A stretch of 64,000 nt of DNA from an uncultured Chthonomonadaceae bacterium (GTDB taxonomy: Bacteria > Armatimonadota > Chthonomonadetes > Chthonomonadales > Chthonomonadaceae): positions 672,001-736,000 of the forward strand of contig CAWFQB010000004.1 of assembly GCA_963817895.1 (NCBI GenBank). The letters run 5' to 3'. The position numbers were made by a program, and so were the translations under genes. Positions 31,850 through 42,850 of this stretch are shown piece by piece. The notes beneath the pieces were generated by a model. The model made no database searches and was not told the origin of the DNA. It saw only the letters and a list, made by a program, of their open reading frames with translations. Every line of letters begins with the position of its first letter. The first letter of the stretch is position 1.

Positions 31850-34650
31850 ATGCTCGGAGAACGCTGGCGTATTACACTGTGCGGCGGTCTGACGGCCCGA
31901 CAGGGATCCCACGTTGTTACCCGTTTCAGGACACAGAAGACGGGATTGCTGCTGGCCTATCTGGCTCTACATCATGAGCGCGCGCATGGGCGCGAAGAGC
32001 TGGCCGAGCTTTTCTGGGAAGACAGCGACAAGCCGCTGCAAAGCCTGCGAATGGCGCTTACGTCGCTGCGTCGGCAGCTTGAATTGCCGGGTGTCGGACA
32101 GGGGCAGGTGCTGGCGACGGATCGCGGTTATGTCCGGCTGGCGTCAGGCGCGGTAACGACAGATCTGGACGTTTTTTATGCGGCGGTGGCGGAAGCGGAG
32201 CGTACCGACGCGATGGGGCTGAAAGGCGGAACGGCTTCAGGCTGGAGTAGAGGCTATTGGCGGGGAACTGCTGCCGGGTTGCTATGTGGACTGGGTTCTG
32301 CAGGCGCGTGAAGCTGTCGCGGAGCAAGTGCAGACGGCGCTCAAGGAGCTGATTGCGCTGTTGAGGACTCTGGGTGAGGAGGAGCAAGCGCTGGTCTATG
32401 CGCGGCGGTGGATACATCAGGCCTCTCTGAACGAGGAGGCGCATGTCACCGTTATGCAATTGCTTCTCCGGTTGAAGCGTCCAGCCGATGTGTCGCAGCA
32501 TTTCGAGCGCCTGACCGCGCTGTTGGAGGAGCAACTTGGCGCTGCGCCCTGTTCGCAAGCGCAGGAGTTGGCTGCTGTGGCGAAGTCTGAACTGAAGCCG
32601 ACGGTTCCTCCTGTAAGGTCAAGAGGGGTCAGCGAGTCGCCGCGCCCTGCGCCGAAGGAGGAACGTGTTCCCGCGCCGCTCGTGGTTTCGTCCAGCGTTG
32701 CCGGGGGCGCTGGCCCCGTCGTTCGCCTGCCGCTGCCGCTTACTCCCTTCTTTGGCCGGGAAGAGGAGTTGCGGCGATTATACGCGATGCTGAAGCCAGC
32801 CACAGGGGGCGCTACATACGGGTTAGATGTTAGCCCCTTGCTTCCGGTCTGGAAATCACGAAATCATAACACTGCTCGGAACCGGGGGGGCGGGAAAGAC
32901 GCGCCTTGCTATAGAAGCGGCGCCGACGCCTGCGCTGCTGCGGGAAACCGCTCTGTTTACTTTGTCGGGCTGACAGACGCGGAAACGCCGGAACGGATGC
33001 TTCAGTTGGTTGCGGAAGCGGTCTGCCCGAACGCCCCCATCGAGAGCTTGTCTCTGGATGTTATTACGTCGGCGTTGAGGGCCGTGCCTACTTTGTTGGT
33101 TCTGGATAATATGGAGCAGTTGGGTGAAGCGGGAGCGGAAGTGGCGCATACGCTGCTGGAAGAGCTGCCACATTTGACATTGCTGGTTACGAGCCGGTCA
33201 AGGCTTCATCTGGACGGTGAGCGCGAACTGGCCCTGCTGCCCCTACAGACCCCGGAGAACGCTGATACGCCAGCGTGTCTTTTGGAGTTTGCGAGTGTGC
33301 AATTGTTCGTTGACCGGGCGCAGGCGGCCTGTGCAGACTTTCAATTGACGGCGCGAAATGCGGCGAGTGTCGCGGCCCTGTGCCGTCGGCTGGAAGGATT
33401 GCCGCTGGCGTTGGAATTAGCCGCGAGTTGGGCGCAGACGCTCTCCCCTGCACAGATGCTGGCGCGTCTGAAATCGGCGTTTTGAACTGCTGCGCGCGCG
33501 GCGAAAAGGGATGGCTGTCCGGCATCATGCGCTGGAGACCTGCATCGAGTGGAGTTTTCGGCTGCTGCGCGCGGATGTAAAGCCCTTTTTTTGCCGTTTA
33601 TGTCTGCTGCGCGGCGAGTGGACGCTGGAGATGGCAGAGATACTGACACAGGATAGCCATGCGTTAGACAAATTGCAGCAGTTGAGGGAAACCTCTTTTT
33701 TGTCCGCTCGTGAGGACTCCGACCCGGCTGGGACGATCTGGTATTTCCGTATACTCGAGTCGCTGCGCGAATTCGGAATGGAGCGACTATCTCCCGAAGA
33801 GATTGATATGTGGCAGGCGTGTCTGGCGCATGCCCTTATCGAACTCCCGCACCCGAACCCCCTCTCAGGAATTGACGCAGAAAACTTACGCGTACTTGTG
33901 CAATGGTGTCGAACTTCAGCGGCGGAGGCAAGTTTGGAATTGAAACTGCTCAATGCCCTCAGGTATCTCTGGCTGTCTCGCGGGGGGTGGATCGAGGGGC
34001 GATACTGGCTGCAGGATGCGCTCCGAAGACATGCGGGGGAGGAGACGCGCGCGTATCGCGCCGCGTGGAATATGCTGGGCAGTCTGCACTGGCTGCTGCG
34101 CGAAACGGCGGAGGCGAAACGTTGCTTCAATGAGGCCTTAGCCGTTTCGGAGCAGGCGGGAGATGATGCGCTGGCAGCTCGCGCCCTGAACAATCTGGCG
34201 ATGACGGCGACCCAGGAGGGCGATCTGGCGCTGGCGTGCGCGTTGGGAGAGCAGTCCCTGCGCTTTGCGCAAAGACTGGAAGACGAGCGGCTTGTCGCGG
34301 CGCTGTTGAACAATGTGGGCAGCGCGTACCTGTCTCTCGGACAGTACGAGACGGCGCGCAGTTATCTGGAACAGAGTTTGCATAAAAATCGGGAACAGGG
34401 TGTGCCAGGCATGGTGGCGATGTCTCTGGTGAATCTTGGCGAGATTGCACACCATCTGGGAGACAGGGCCACCGCGCGGCTGAGGTACGAGGAGGGGTTG
34501 GAAATGCTACGCGCCGTTGAAGATCAGGTGAATGTTGTGGAAACCCTGCTGTCTCTGGCTCAGGTGCTGGAAGAGCAGGGAGAAGGCGCGCAGGCGCGTC
34601 TTCTGAGGGAGGAGAGCGCCGCGCTGAGACTTCGCATGGAGGGCAAATAG
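31850..34650 (+). CDS. AfsR/SARP family regulator (wHTH-BTAD, NB-ARC ATPase, TPR), frameshifted
   Basis: LLAYLAL..REELAELFW, BTAD helices, PFFGREEEL, Walker A (GTGGAGKTRLA) in an alternate frame near 32875-32910, LVLDNMEQ, CRRLEGLPLALELAA, TPR tail. Confidence 0.85.
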
Positions 34651-34796
34651 AAGCAGGCTGTCTCAGCAGGATTTTGTGGGACGGAACTCAAGGAATGGAC
34701 AGGCTCGCCCCAACAGATAGTCGGGGTGAGCCTGTCGTTTGGCGCAGTGTGTCCTCTGAACCATATCTTAATTTCCAGAAAAGCCGCGCAGGGCGT

Positions 34797-34833
34797 TTGT
34801 TGTGACGTTGTTGTGACAGTAGGCCGCTATAAT
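34797..34833 (+). promoter_or_regulatory. activator-type promoter: 11-bp-period direct repeat plus -10 box
   Basis: TTGTTGTGAC-G-TTGTTGTGAC, then 10 nt, then TATAAT. Confidence 0.6.
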
Positions 34834-34969
34834 GGGCGTGTGAGTGGTTCTCCAGGGATGCGGGCGCGCGGAGAAACCGCCGGCAGTATGTTTCTCCGCG
34901 CGTTGCGCGCCTAATTGAAGCACCCCTCACATCAGAAGCAACATTCGTTTGGAAAGGAACCCACCACTC

Positions 34970-35680
34970 ATGTTCACGCGTATCTCTGTTTCTCGCGCCG
35001 CCCTGCGGAACCGGACCGGTCTTCTTCTCGCTGCCGCAGGCGCTCTCTGCGCCGCGCCGCAGGCCCATGCCCAGATATATATTGTCGGCGCCGAGCAGTT
35101 CGCTGCCGATTCGACCGGAGCGACAAGCTCCACTGTTTACCTGTCCAGCACGAACTCTGGAAGCCCTGTGACGGCGCTCAACATCACCATCAATGGTATA
35201 ACCCAAAACCAGGCCATCTCCTTTGCCTTATCTAATGGCAGCAACGCCATCTCCTTTGCCGCGGACAGTTTGCCTCCCTTCTCCAGCTATGGAGGGAGTT
35301 ACGGGGATATTGGCCTGTTCTTCTCCTCCACCAACACCTCGTATGATCCCTCTTCTTCGGGGCGGAATCCTGATCTGCTGATCGCCCGCGCCAGCGACGG
35401 CTCTGCGGCATTCTTCATTCCCACGGCGGGAACCCAGATCAACGGTTATGTCTACGGTGAACAGGGAACTTACAATGGAGCAACCAGCTTTACGGTGGGA
35501 ACCGTTCCCATTACCGTGACACAATATAGCGTTGCGGATAACACGGTCGGGACGCTCACGTTACAACTTGGGCCTGCTCCCGTTCCCGAACCCGGCAGCG
35601 TGGGTCTGCTCGTAGGCTTGGGAGTGAGTGGCGTTGGCTATCTTGGCCGCCGTCGCGCGCAGTCTCGTAAGACAGCCTAG
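34970..35680 (+). CDS. PEP-CTERM sorting domain protein
   Basis: Signal peptide ending AHA; Ser/Thr/Gly-rich beta domain; VPEPGS + TM + RRR tail. Confidence 0.92.
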   Translation: MFTRISVSRAALRNRTGLLLAAAGALCAAPQAHAQIYIVGAEQFAADSTGATSSTVYLSSTNSGSPVTALNITINGITQNQAISFALSNGSNAISFAADSLPPFSSYGGSYGDIGLFFSSTNTSYDPSSSGRNPDLLIARASDGSAAFFIPTAGTQINGYVYGEQGTYNGATSFTVGTVPITVTQYSVADNTVGTLTLQLGPAPVPEPGSVGLLVGLGVSGVGYLGRRRAQSRKTA

Positions 35681-35708
35681 CCGTCAGCGAAAGTTCTGCG
35701 CGAACAAT

Positions 35709-35744
35709 AAATCCGCCAGTCTTAACTATGAGACTGGCGGATTT
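35709..35744. terminator. probable bidirectional terminator
   Basis: 14-bp stem AAATCCGCCAGTCT/AGACTGGCGGATTT between convergent genes. Confidence 0.7.
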
Positions 35745-35819
35745 CAGGTCTGGAATTCAAGAAGTTTTTAACCATGCTCGCTTATAGCATTTTCGAGTAG
35801 GCGGCAACCTGGGTCACTG

Positions 35820-36116
35820 TTAATACTCCTCGCCGCCCTCTTCGTTCATGTCTTCAAACTCCGTCTCTTCTTCCTCTTCTTCCATCGGGCCACCCGCGGT
35901 TCCCAGATCTTTGAGTTCGTCAAGATCGGCTCCGGCTGACAGACTGCGGCGTTCCGGCTCCGAATCCAGCAGGCCCATCGGGGTGGGGTGCTTTTGCCGC
36001 GCCTCGTCGCTGACAAACCGAACGTGAATTCCGGCCATCCACAACGGGATTTTTGGCATGGGCTTGCCCGTTTCCGAACACACCACTTCCATTACCGCTT
36101 CATCCGCTTTTCTCAT
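35820..36116 (-). CDS. small hypothetical protein with acidic tail
   Basis: 98 aa, GGAG RBS, compact N-terminus (CSETGKPMPKIPLW) and Glu-rich C-terminus. Confidence 0.7.
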   Translation of the reverse strand: MRKADEAVMEVVCSETGKPMPKIPLWMAGIHVRFVSDEARQKHPTPMGLLDSEPERRSLSAGADLDELKDLGTAGGPMEEEEEETEFEDMNEEGGEEY

Positions 36117-36181
36117 AATATTTTCACTCCATTTTCCAAACAGTCGTTTCGTTGCGGGTTTGTTCGCAAACCATGCGTCTG

Positions 36182-36463
36182 TTAATGCGCGGCCTGTCCG
36201 CTTGCCTCTTCCACGTTTGCGCTCTCCGAAGTGGGCGCAGGCGTTTTACGCGCAGGCTCGGCGGGCGGAGGCGGGGCGATGCGAATGGACACGATGCCAT
36301 TGATAAGCATCAACACGCCCGCGCCGAGATAGACCAGCGACAGGTGATCTTGAGCCGATTGACCGGGTTCCATCAGGAAGTGGTCGTGTGTGGCAAATCC
36401 GGCAAGGCTGACGCCGATAAGGATCAGCCCGATGATAACAAACATGTTCAGGTAGCGCAACAT
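36182..36463 (-). CDS. small two-TM membrane protein
   Basis: Two hydrophobic helices, GAGGAG RBS. Confidence 0.7.
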   Translation of the reverse strand: MLRYLNMFVIIGLILIGVSLAGFATHDHFLMEPGQSAQDHLSLVYLGAGVLMLINGIVSIRIAPPPPAEPARKTPAPTSESANVEEASGQAAH

Positions 36464-36542
36464 AACCGCTCCTCGCCCACAGGCGCAAATAAGTTCCACC
36501 GTTCCTTTATTTCAAACGATGGTTTGAGTTATTATACCCCAA

Positions 36543-36626
36543 GTTAGGTTGTTAGGGTGTCAGGTTGTTAGTTGTTAGGAGGGCAATCAAAACTCTTTTC
36601 CTGACAACCTAACAACTAACAACCTG
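36543..36626. repeat. GTTGTTAG-unit inverted repeat just after the alr stop
   Basis: GTTAGGTTGTTAGGGTGTCAGGTTGTTAGTTGTTAGG ... CCTGACAACCTAACAACTAACAACCTG. Confidence 0.85.
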
Positions 36627-36631
36627 TTTTC

Positions 36632-39162
36632 TCATCTTCCAACAAAAATACGCTGTACGCGGGGTCCGAGTCGCGCCAGCAGTTCGTAGACAATGGTTTG
36701 CGCGTGTTCAGCGGCTTCTTCCGGGCGCAGCGTATGGCCCGAGTAGCTGCCGTAAATCAGGGCATCCATGCCGACTTCGGCTTCAGGGATGTGGGTGACA
36801 TCTACGGTCATAGAGTCCATGGAAACCCGTCCGCACAGGGGCGCGTTGTGGCCGTTGATGAGAACGTGACCCCGGTTCGACGCGCTGACCGGGATGCCGT
36901 CATGGTAGCCGATGGGCAGAACCGCTTTGCGAAATCCATCCTGCGGCACGATAAATGTGCCGTTGTAGCCGATGCGGTCGCCCTGTTGGTGGGTTTGAAT
37001 GTTGACGATGCGGCTGACCAGCGCGATAGCGGGAACCAGTTCCAGCGCGCGTTGAACGGTCGGAGAGGGGGCAAGGCCGTATAACCCAAGCCCGATGCGT
37101 ACCATGTCGTAACGCGCTTCGGGAAAGCGGATTGCCCCTGATGTCGCCGCCGCGTGAAGCAGAACAGAGCCATCGCGGGCTACATCGGCTTCTGTAAGCG
37201 CCTGATCAAAACGCGCTATCTGATTGTAAGTAAAATCGTCGGCATCGGGATTATCGGCAACCGCGAAATGGGTCATTATGCCCTCCACGCGGACACGCCC
37301 CGACAGGCGCAACCGGCGCAGCAGTTCGGGCAGATTCTCCGGCGGGATTCCCACGCGCCCCAATCCGGTATCCAGTTCGATATGGGCCGCGCATTGGCGA
37401 TTTTCGCGCTGTAAGACGGTTTCAAGAACTCCGCGAACTCAATAGAATAGAGTACGGGCGTTAAATCATAATGCAGCAGTTTTTCTGCCTCTTCGGGTGC
37501 GCAAAGCATGACCAGAATCGGCAGGCGAACGCCGCATTTGCGCAGACTGCTGCCCTCGTCCACGCTGGAAACACCCAGATAATCCAAGCCCATGTCTTGA
37601 AGTTCCAGCCCTAAACGCGTAGCGTCGCTGCCATACGCGAGAGCTTTTACCATTGCCAGCAGGCGGACGCGCGACCCGACCAAGCGCCGGAAACGGGCGA
37701 CATTCTCTTCCATGCTTTGCACATTGACATAAAACCGATTGGGGGCCATCGCTTCCAGCAGGGTGAGCGCAAGTTGATCCATGGACGCGCCACCCGTCGC
37801 ATTGACGAGCAGGGCATCGCCGGGGCGCAGATGGGCAAGTAGAAACCGGCGTACCGCTTCCAAATCTTCAAAATGCCGGAAGGTTTGTTCCGGCGCGGCC
37901 TGCTGAAACGTTTCGCGGGTTGCGTCCGGTTGTTTGCCGCCCACGAGAAGCAGGAAATTGACGCCTGCCTGCGCCGCCAACTCGCCAACCTGTTTTGGCT
38001 CTATATCTCTTGTGCCGCTTGCCATGTTTTGCTGAAGCGTTTCCATGCCACCGAACACGAAAAAGCGCCTGCCGGACGCGCCCACATCGGCGAGTTCGCG
38101 CAATGCGGATTGCAGGGAAAGCGGTTCGGATGTATACGCATCGTTGATGACGGTTACGCCGTTCGGGGTTTTCCACGTCTGTCGACGGGTGAGGGTGGGC
38201 GCATAGTGGCACAGGGCGGATACGATTGCTACAGAGGAGATACGCAGCAGCCATGCGGCGCAAAGCGCGATGTGAATGTCGAAGATAATTTCCTGTGACT
38301 GCGTGGAAACGGGAATCGTTACTGATGTTTCGTCAGGAAAGCGGACACGCAGCCAGCTTCCCTCCGCTATGGACGTTTGTTCCAGAATTTGCGGCAGGGG
38401 AGAGGAGGGATCGCCGCAGCGGAACAGGGGGCAGCGCAGAGATTGGATCGCGTTTTCAAGCAGCGGTTCACCGGAAGGCATCAGAAGCCAGCCCGATTCG
38501 GAAATGCGCTGAAAAAGGCTTGTTTTTTCAGTGGCGATATTAGCGCGGCTGCCAAGCGTAGCAACGTGCGCCTCGCCGATATTGGTGACAATTCCAAAAT
38601 CGGGACGAATCATCTGTTCCAATGCGGCCATGTCCCCAATTTGAGAAATGCCGGCCTCCTGAATATGAAACGGCGCATCCGTTCGGGCGCGAATCAGCGA
38701 CAGGGCAACGCCAAGCCGACTGTTGAAGCTGCCGGGACTGGCGGAACAGGGATGAACGGAAGAGACAATCCGATACAGGGCGTCTTTGACAATGGTTTTG
38801 CCGTTGCTGCCCGTAACGGCAATCACCTGACCCTGAAATTGATTCCGACACCACGCGGCGAAACGGCAAAGCGCATCAAGAGGATCGTCAACAAGGATAA
38901 TGGGAGCAGTTTCAGAAGCAGTATAATGCAGATGGGTTAGAGAAGCGTTCCGGGACACGAGGGCGGCAGCCGCGCCATTGCGAAACGCATGGGGTACAAA
39001 CGCATGTCCGTCCTCATGTTCGCCCCGCAACGCGACAAACAGCGTTTCCGAACTTATCTGCCTCGAGTCAACGCTGATGTCGGCAATCCACGTATCTGCG
39101 TGTTGCGGTAGAACTTCACCCTCAACAAGCGCGGCAAATTCTCCCAGTGTCAGCCGCCGCAT
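36632..39162 (-). CDS. alr: MurF-like ligase / alanine racemase fusion, frameshift near 37380-37420
   Basis: DSR, VTGSNGKT, TNIGEAH; then AMVKALAYG (PLP Lys), MGRVG, MTHFA, VRIGLGLYG, IGYNG, PIGYHDG, GRVSMD. Confidence 0.88.
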
Positions 39163-40309
39163 CTAATTTCCGCTCTCCTGAAAGTTCGGGCGGGGAACCA
39201 CGCCATGCCCGCTTGTTATCGCGCTCAAATCCAATCTTCCGCCGTGATAAATCATGCCGCCTGTCAGCGGGCTGTCGGTCATAAACAGGGGCGTATCCAG
39301 ATCAACGAAGGAAAACCCGCCTAACCCGGACAGCGAAGCAGGCGGATACCGTCATCGCTAAAATGGATTCGACCATGCCGCCGATCATCAATCCAATGTT
39401 ATGCGTTTTGCACAGCGCAGCAATTTCCAATGCCTCCGCAATGCCGCACTTCATCAGTTTGATGTTGACAACATTCGCGGCTTGCGTTTCGATGAGCTTT
39501 TGTACGCCTTCCACATCGGACGCGCTCTCATCGGCGGCGATGGGAACGCCACCCTCCCGCGTAATCCTGCTCATCCCCTCCCAATCGTCTTTTGCGACGG
39601 GCTGTTCCAGCAAAACGGGTTTGATGCCGCGCTGTTGAAGCATGGCAAGCAACTGCAAGGCTGATTGGGCGGTCAATCCCTGATTGCCGTCGAGGAGCAG
39701 GGGCGAATCGGGAGCCTGCGCGTGAACCGCCGCAATCCGCGCCACATCCGTAGCCACATCCTGCGTACCAATCTTGATCTTAATGGCGCGTATGCCCCGG
39801 CTAACGATGTTTCGCGCGGAAACGGCGGCATGAGTTACGGCGTCCTCATTGCTGATACCGGTTTGCGTGGTAATGGTCATGTCGGTTTCAAGAGGGGCGT
39901 TGGCGTTTCCGAAAACCGAAGTCAGGGGTATGTTGTCGTGGCGGGCAAGGGCGTCCAGCAGAGCGGTTTCCAACGCGCAGCGGGCAGAACCGTCACGCGG
40001 AAACACACGTTTCAAGTCGGCGGCAAGTGGCAGCCATCCACGCGCTTCCCTGCCAATCATCACGGGTTGCGCGGATTTAAGCGCATGGCGGGCGCTGGCC
40101 TGTGTTTCGCCATTGAACGGGGGCAGGGGAGCCGCTTCGCCATAGCCTTTTGTGCCGTCCGCCAGTTCAACTGTTACGAGCAGGTTGTTGGCAACCGCCT
40201 GCGCCCCGCCCGCAATGCCGAACGACTCCCACAGTGGTATATCCAGAGTTTGTACTGTGATATTGCGAATAACTGTGCTTTCCGGCAAAACAAAACTCCC
40301 CTGTGACAA
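39163..40309 (-). CDS. L-Ala-D/L-Glu dipeptide epimerase (enolase superfamily), frameshift near 39330
   Basis: GYGEAAP, KIKIG, DGNQG, EQP, ADES, NIKLMKCG; alternate frame continues FVDLDTPLF to TAG at 39163, adjacent to the murF-alr ATG. Confidence 0.85.
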
Positions 40310-40327
40310 AAATGCAAAAATGATTTA

Positions 40328-40429
40328 GAGCCTATCCCAATAGGCCGGGTACAAAGAACGTACCCGTCTGAGTGGCCTGCGGCCAAGCGTCCTTCGGACG
40401 CAAATGCAATCGCCTATGGGGAAAGGCTC
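40328..40429. mobile_element. 102-bp MITE with TTA flanking duplication
   Basis: tta-GAGCCTATCCCAATAGG...CCTATGGGGAAAGGCTC-tta; reverse complement of 43918-44019. Confidence 0.88.
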
Positions 40430-40562
40430 TTAGCCGCGAATGAACGCGAATAGACGAACTCAACTCCACACGCTGCAATAATCCTGTTCCATCCTGAAAA
40501 ATCTTGTCAATCCTGTCTATTCTGAATTGCATTCGCGTTTATTCGCGTTCATTCGCGGCTAA
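40430..40562. repeat. nonamer-built inverted repeat containing the amidohydrolase stop
   Basis: TTAGCCGCGAATGAACGCGAAT ... ATTCGCGTTTATTCGCGTTCATTCGCGGCTAA, with an inner AATCCTG-type tandem. Confidence 0.85.
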
Positions 40563-41761
40563 CCTTTTTCCTGACGATCAAAGTAGCGCAGGACGATATT
40601 GGCGAACATGCGGATGCCGACGGGAACCGCCTCGTCGGCAAAATTGTAGGTGGGCGTGTGCAGGGGCGTCACGTCCATGCCGACGCCGAGCCGGAACATC
40701 GCGCCGGGAGCGTGTTCCAGATACACGGCGAAATCTTCCGCGCCCATAGAAGGCGATTCAAGGTTGACGACGTTTTCCGATCCCAATATTTCCGCGCCTG
40801 TTTCGGCAACCAGCGCGTTGATGCCAAAATCATTGATGGTGACGGGTGTGCCGAAGCGGTAGCCGAACGTGTACTCGGCCCGCATGGCCTGACAGATGCC
40901 CGCCGCAATGCGTTCGACATGCTCTTTCATCTGCGGGCGCAGTTCGCGGGACAGGCAGCGCACCGTTCCTTTGATCTCCGCCGTGCCCGGAATGATGTTG
41001 TAGGCCGTACCCGCATGAAACTGCGCGACGGTTACGACTACGGGCTCCAGCGGCGATACTTCGCGGCTCGAAAGCGTTTGCAGCGCGGTGACGATTTGCG
41101 CGCCGGTGACAATGGGGTCTATGCCGATGTGGGGCATGGCTGCATGCGCGCCCCTGCCCTGAATGGTGATGTCGAACGTATCCGCGGACGCCATCATCGG
41201 GCCGGGACGAACGCCGATTTGTCCCACCGCCATACCCGGCCAGCCGTGCAGCGCGACAATGGCGTCAACCCCGTCCATCACGCCCTCCGCGCACATCTCC
41301 GTCGCGCCGCCAACCGTCTCTTCCGCAGGCTGAAATATAAATTGAATCGTGCCGGGAAGTTTGTCGCGGAGTTGGACAAGGGCGGACGCCGCGCCGAGCA
41401 GGGTGGCGGTGTGTCCATCGTGTCCGCAGGCATGCATCACGCCGGGTTTGCAGGATTTATAGGGCAGGTCGGCCTGTTCCAGAATCGGCAGCGCGTCCAT
41501 ATCGGCGCGAAGGGCAATCATCGGGCCGTTTCCGTTTCCGTTCGCCGTGCCGCGCAACAATCCGACAACGCCGTACCCGCCCACATTGGTACGAACTTCG
41601 TCCAGTCCAATCGCGCGCAGCCGTTGCGCCACCAGTTCGGAAGTGGCCTGTTCCTGATGGCTGAGTTCGGGATTCTGGTGCAGATGGTGGCGCGTCGCGA
41701 TGGCTTCTGGCGTCACCTGCTTGATAAGTGTTTCAAACGTTTCCTGATCCACAACAGGCAT
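40559..41761 (-). CDS. M20D family amidohydrolase
   Basis: HLHQNPELS, RADMDALP, MHACGHDGH, FQPAEE, GAEDF. Confidence 0.93.
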   Translation of the reverse strand: MPVVDQETFETLIKQVTPEAIATRHHLHQNPELSHQEQATSELVAQRLRAIGLDEVRTNVGGYGVVGLLRGTANGNGNGPMIALRADMDALPILEQADLPYKSCKPGVMHACGHDGHTATLLGAASALVQLRDKLPGTIQFIFQPAEETVGGATEMCAEGVMDGVDAIVALHGWPGMAVGQIGVRPGPMMASADTFDITIQGRGAHAAMPHIGIDPIVTGAQIVTALQTLSSREVSPLEPVVVTVAQFHAGTAYNIIPGTAEIKGTVRCLSRELRPQMKEHVERIAAGICQAMRAEYTFGYRFGTPVTINDFGINALVAETGAEILGSENVVNLESPSMGAEDFAVYLEHAPGAMFRLGVGMDVTPLHTPTYNFADEAVPVGIRMFANIVLRYFDRQEKG

Positions 41762-41801
41762 GAGGGTTCCTTTTTGTACTAGATATAATGTATGTGCGCC
41801 G

Positions 41802-41930
41802 GTATACCGTAAGGGTACGTTGTAGGGGTTCTGCTTGCTGAACCCTCCTCAATCGAGCCGCGCAGAGGGCGCAACGTAGAGGGCGCAGCAAGCAGTCCTT
41901 TTGGGCGCAGCAAGCAGCGCCCCTACCTGA
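41802..41930. repeat. GTAG-REP doublet
   Basis: GTAGGGGTTCTGCTTGCTGAACCCTCCTC ... GGGCGCAGCAAGCAGCGCCCCTACC. Confidence 0.85.
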
Positions 41931-41936
41931 TAGTTC

Positions 41937-42795
41937 TTATAATCCATACACGCGGGTGGCGTTGTCGTGAAACAGTTTGCGCTTGTCGGCTTCGTTCCAA
42001 TGGATAACGATGGTTTGCAGGGCGACAACCCAATCGTGGAGGGACGCGCCGAGCGTGCAAACGGGCCAATCGCTGGCAAACACTACGCGGTCATGCCCGA
42101 ACGCCTGTACGCAAGTCTGAACAAATGGCGCGAGAATCTGAGCCGCGTTTTCTCCCGGCTTCAATTGCGCGATAATGCCGCTGATTTTGCACACGATATT
42201 CGGCTGCTGCGCCGACGCTTCAATGCCCCGCTTCCAGTGGGATTGTTCAGGCGAATCGGGCGCGGCGTGAATGTTGGGGTTGCCGCAGTGATCCAGAACA
42301 AAGCGCGTATCCGGGCATTGCCGCGCCAGCGCAACGCCGTCTTCCAGTTCGTCCGGCCTCAAGCACAGATCGAACAGCAGTTTTCGGCTGCCGAGCAAAT
42401 GCATAGCGCGGACGAACTCCGGTTTCAGGCAGGTTCCCCGCTCCTGTCCGCCGTGCAGCACCTGCCGAACGCCCTTGAAATGTTTGTCGCCGGAAAACCG
42501 TTCCACATACGCGGCAAATCCGGCATCCAGCGGGTTGCCGCCGATTACCGCGCCCGCAAGGGGAGTATCCTTCTGGCGGCACAAATCGAAAACAAGTTCG
42601 GCTTCCTTTACGCGCTGCGCTGGTTCCACATCCACTTCCATGTACACGGTTTGCGACAATGTCCAGTCCCGCCGCGTCGCGCTGATAATCCGCAAGGACG
42701 TGGCTTGTGGATAATTTGCCGCCTCCTTCCAGCCAGGGCAAATGCAGTTTGCTTAAATCCCAAAGGTGCTGATGCGTATCAATGATGGGAATCAT
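41937..42795 (-). CDS. amidohydrolase_2 family (sugar lactonase-like), frameshift near 42670-42690
   Basis: IIDTHQHLW, KGVRQVL, VLDHCGNP, CKISG, FASDWPV, DNATRVY. Confidence 0.85.
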
Positions 42796-42850
42796 AGTTG
42801 CCGAAATTCCTTTTTAAGTAGGATTGCGCGAATCTGTTACAACGACAATT

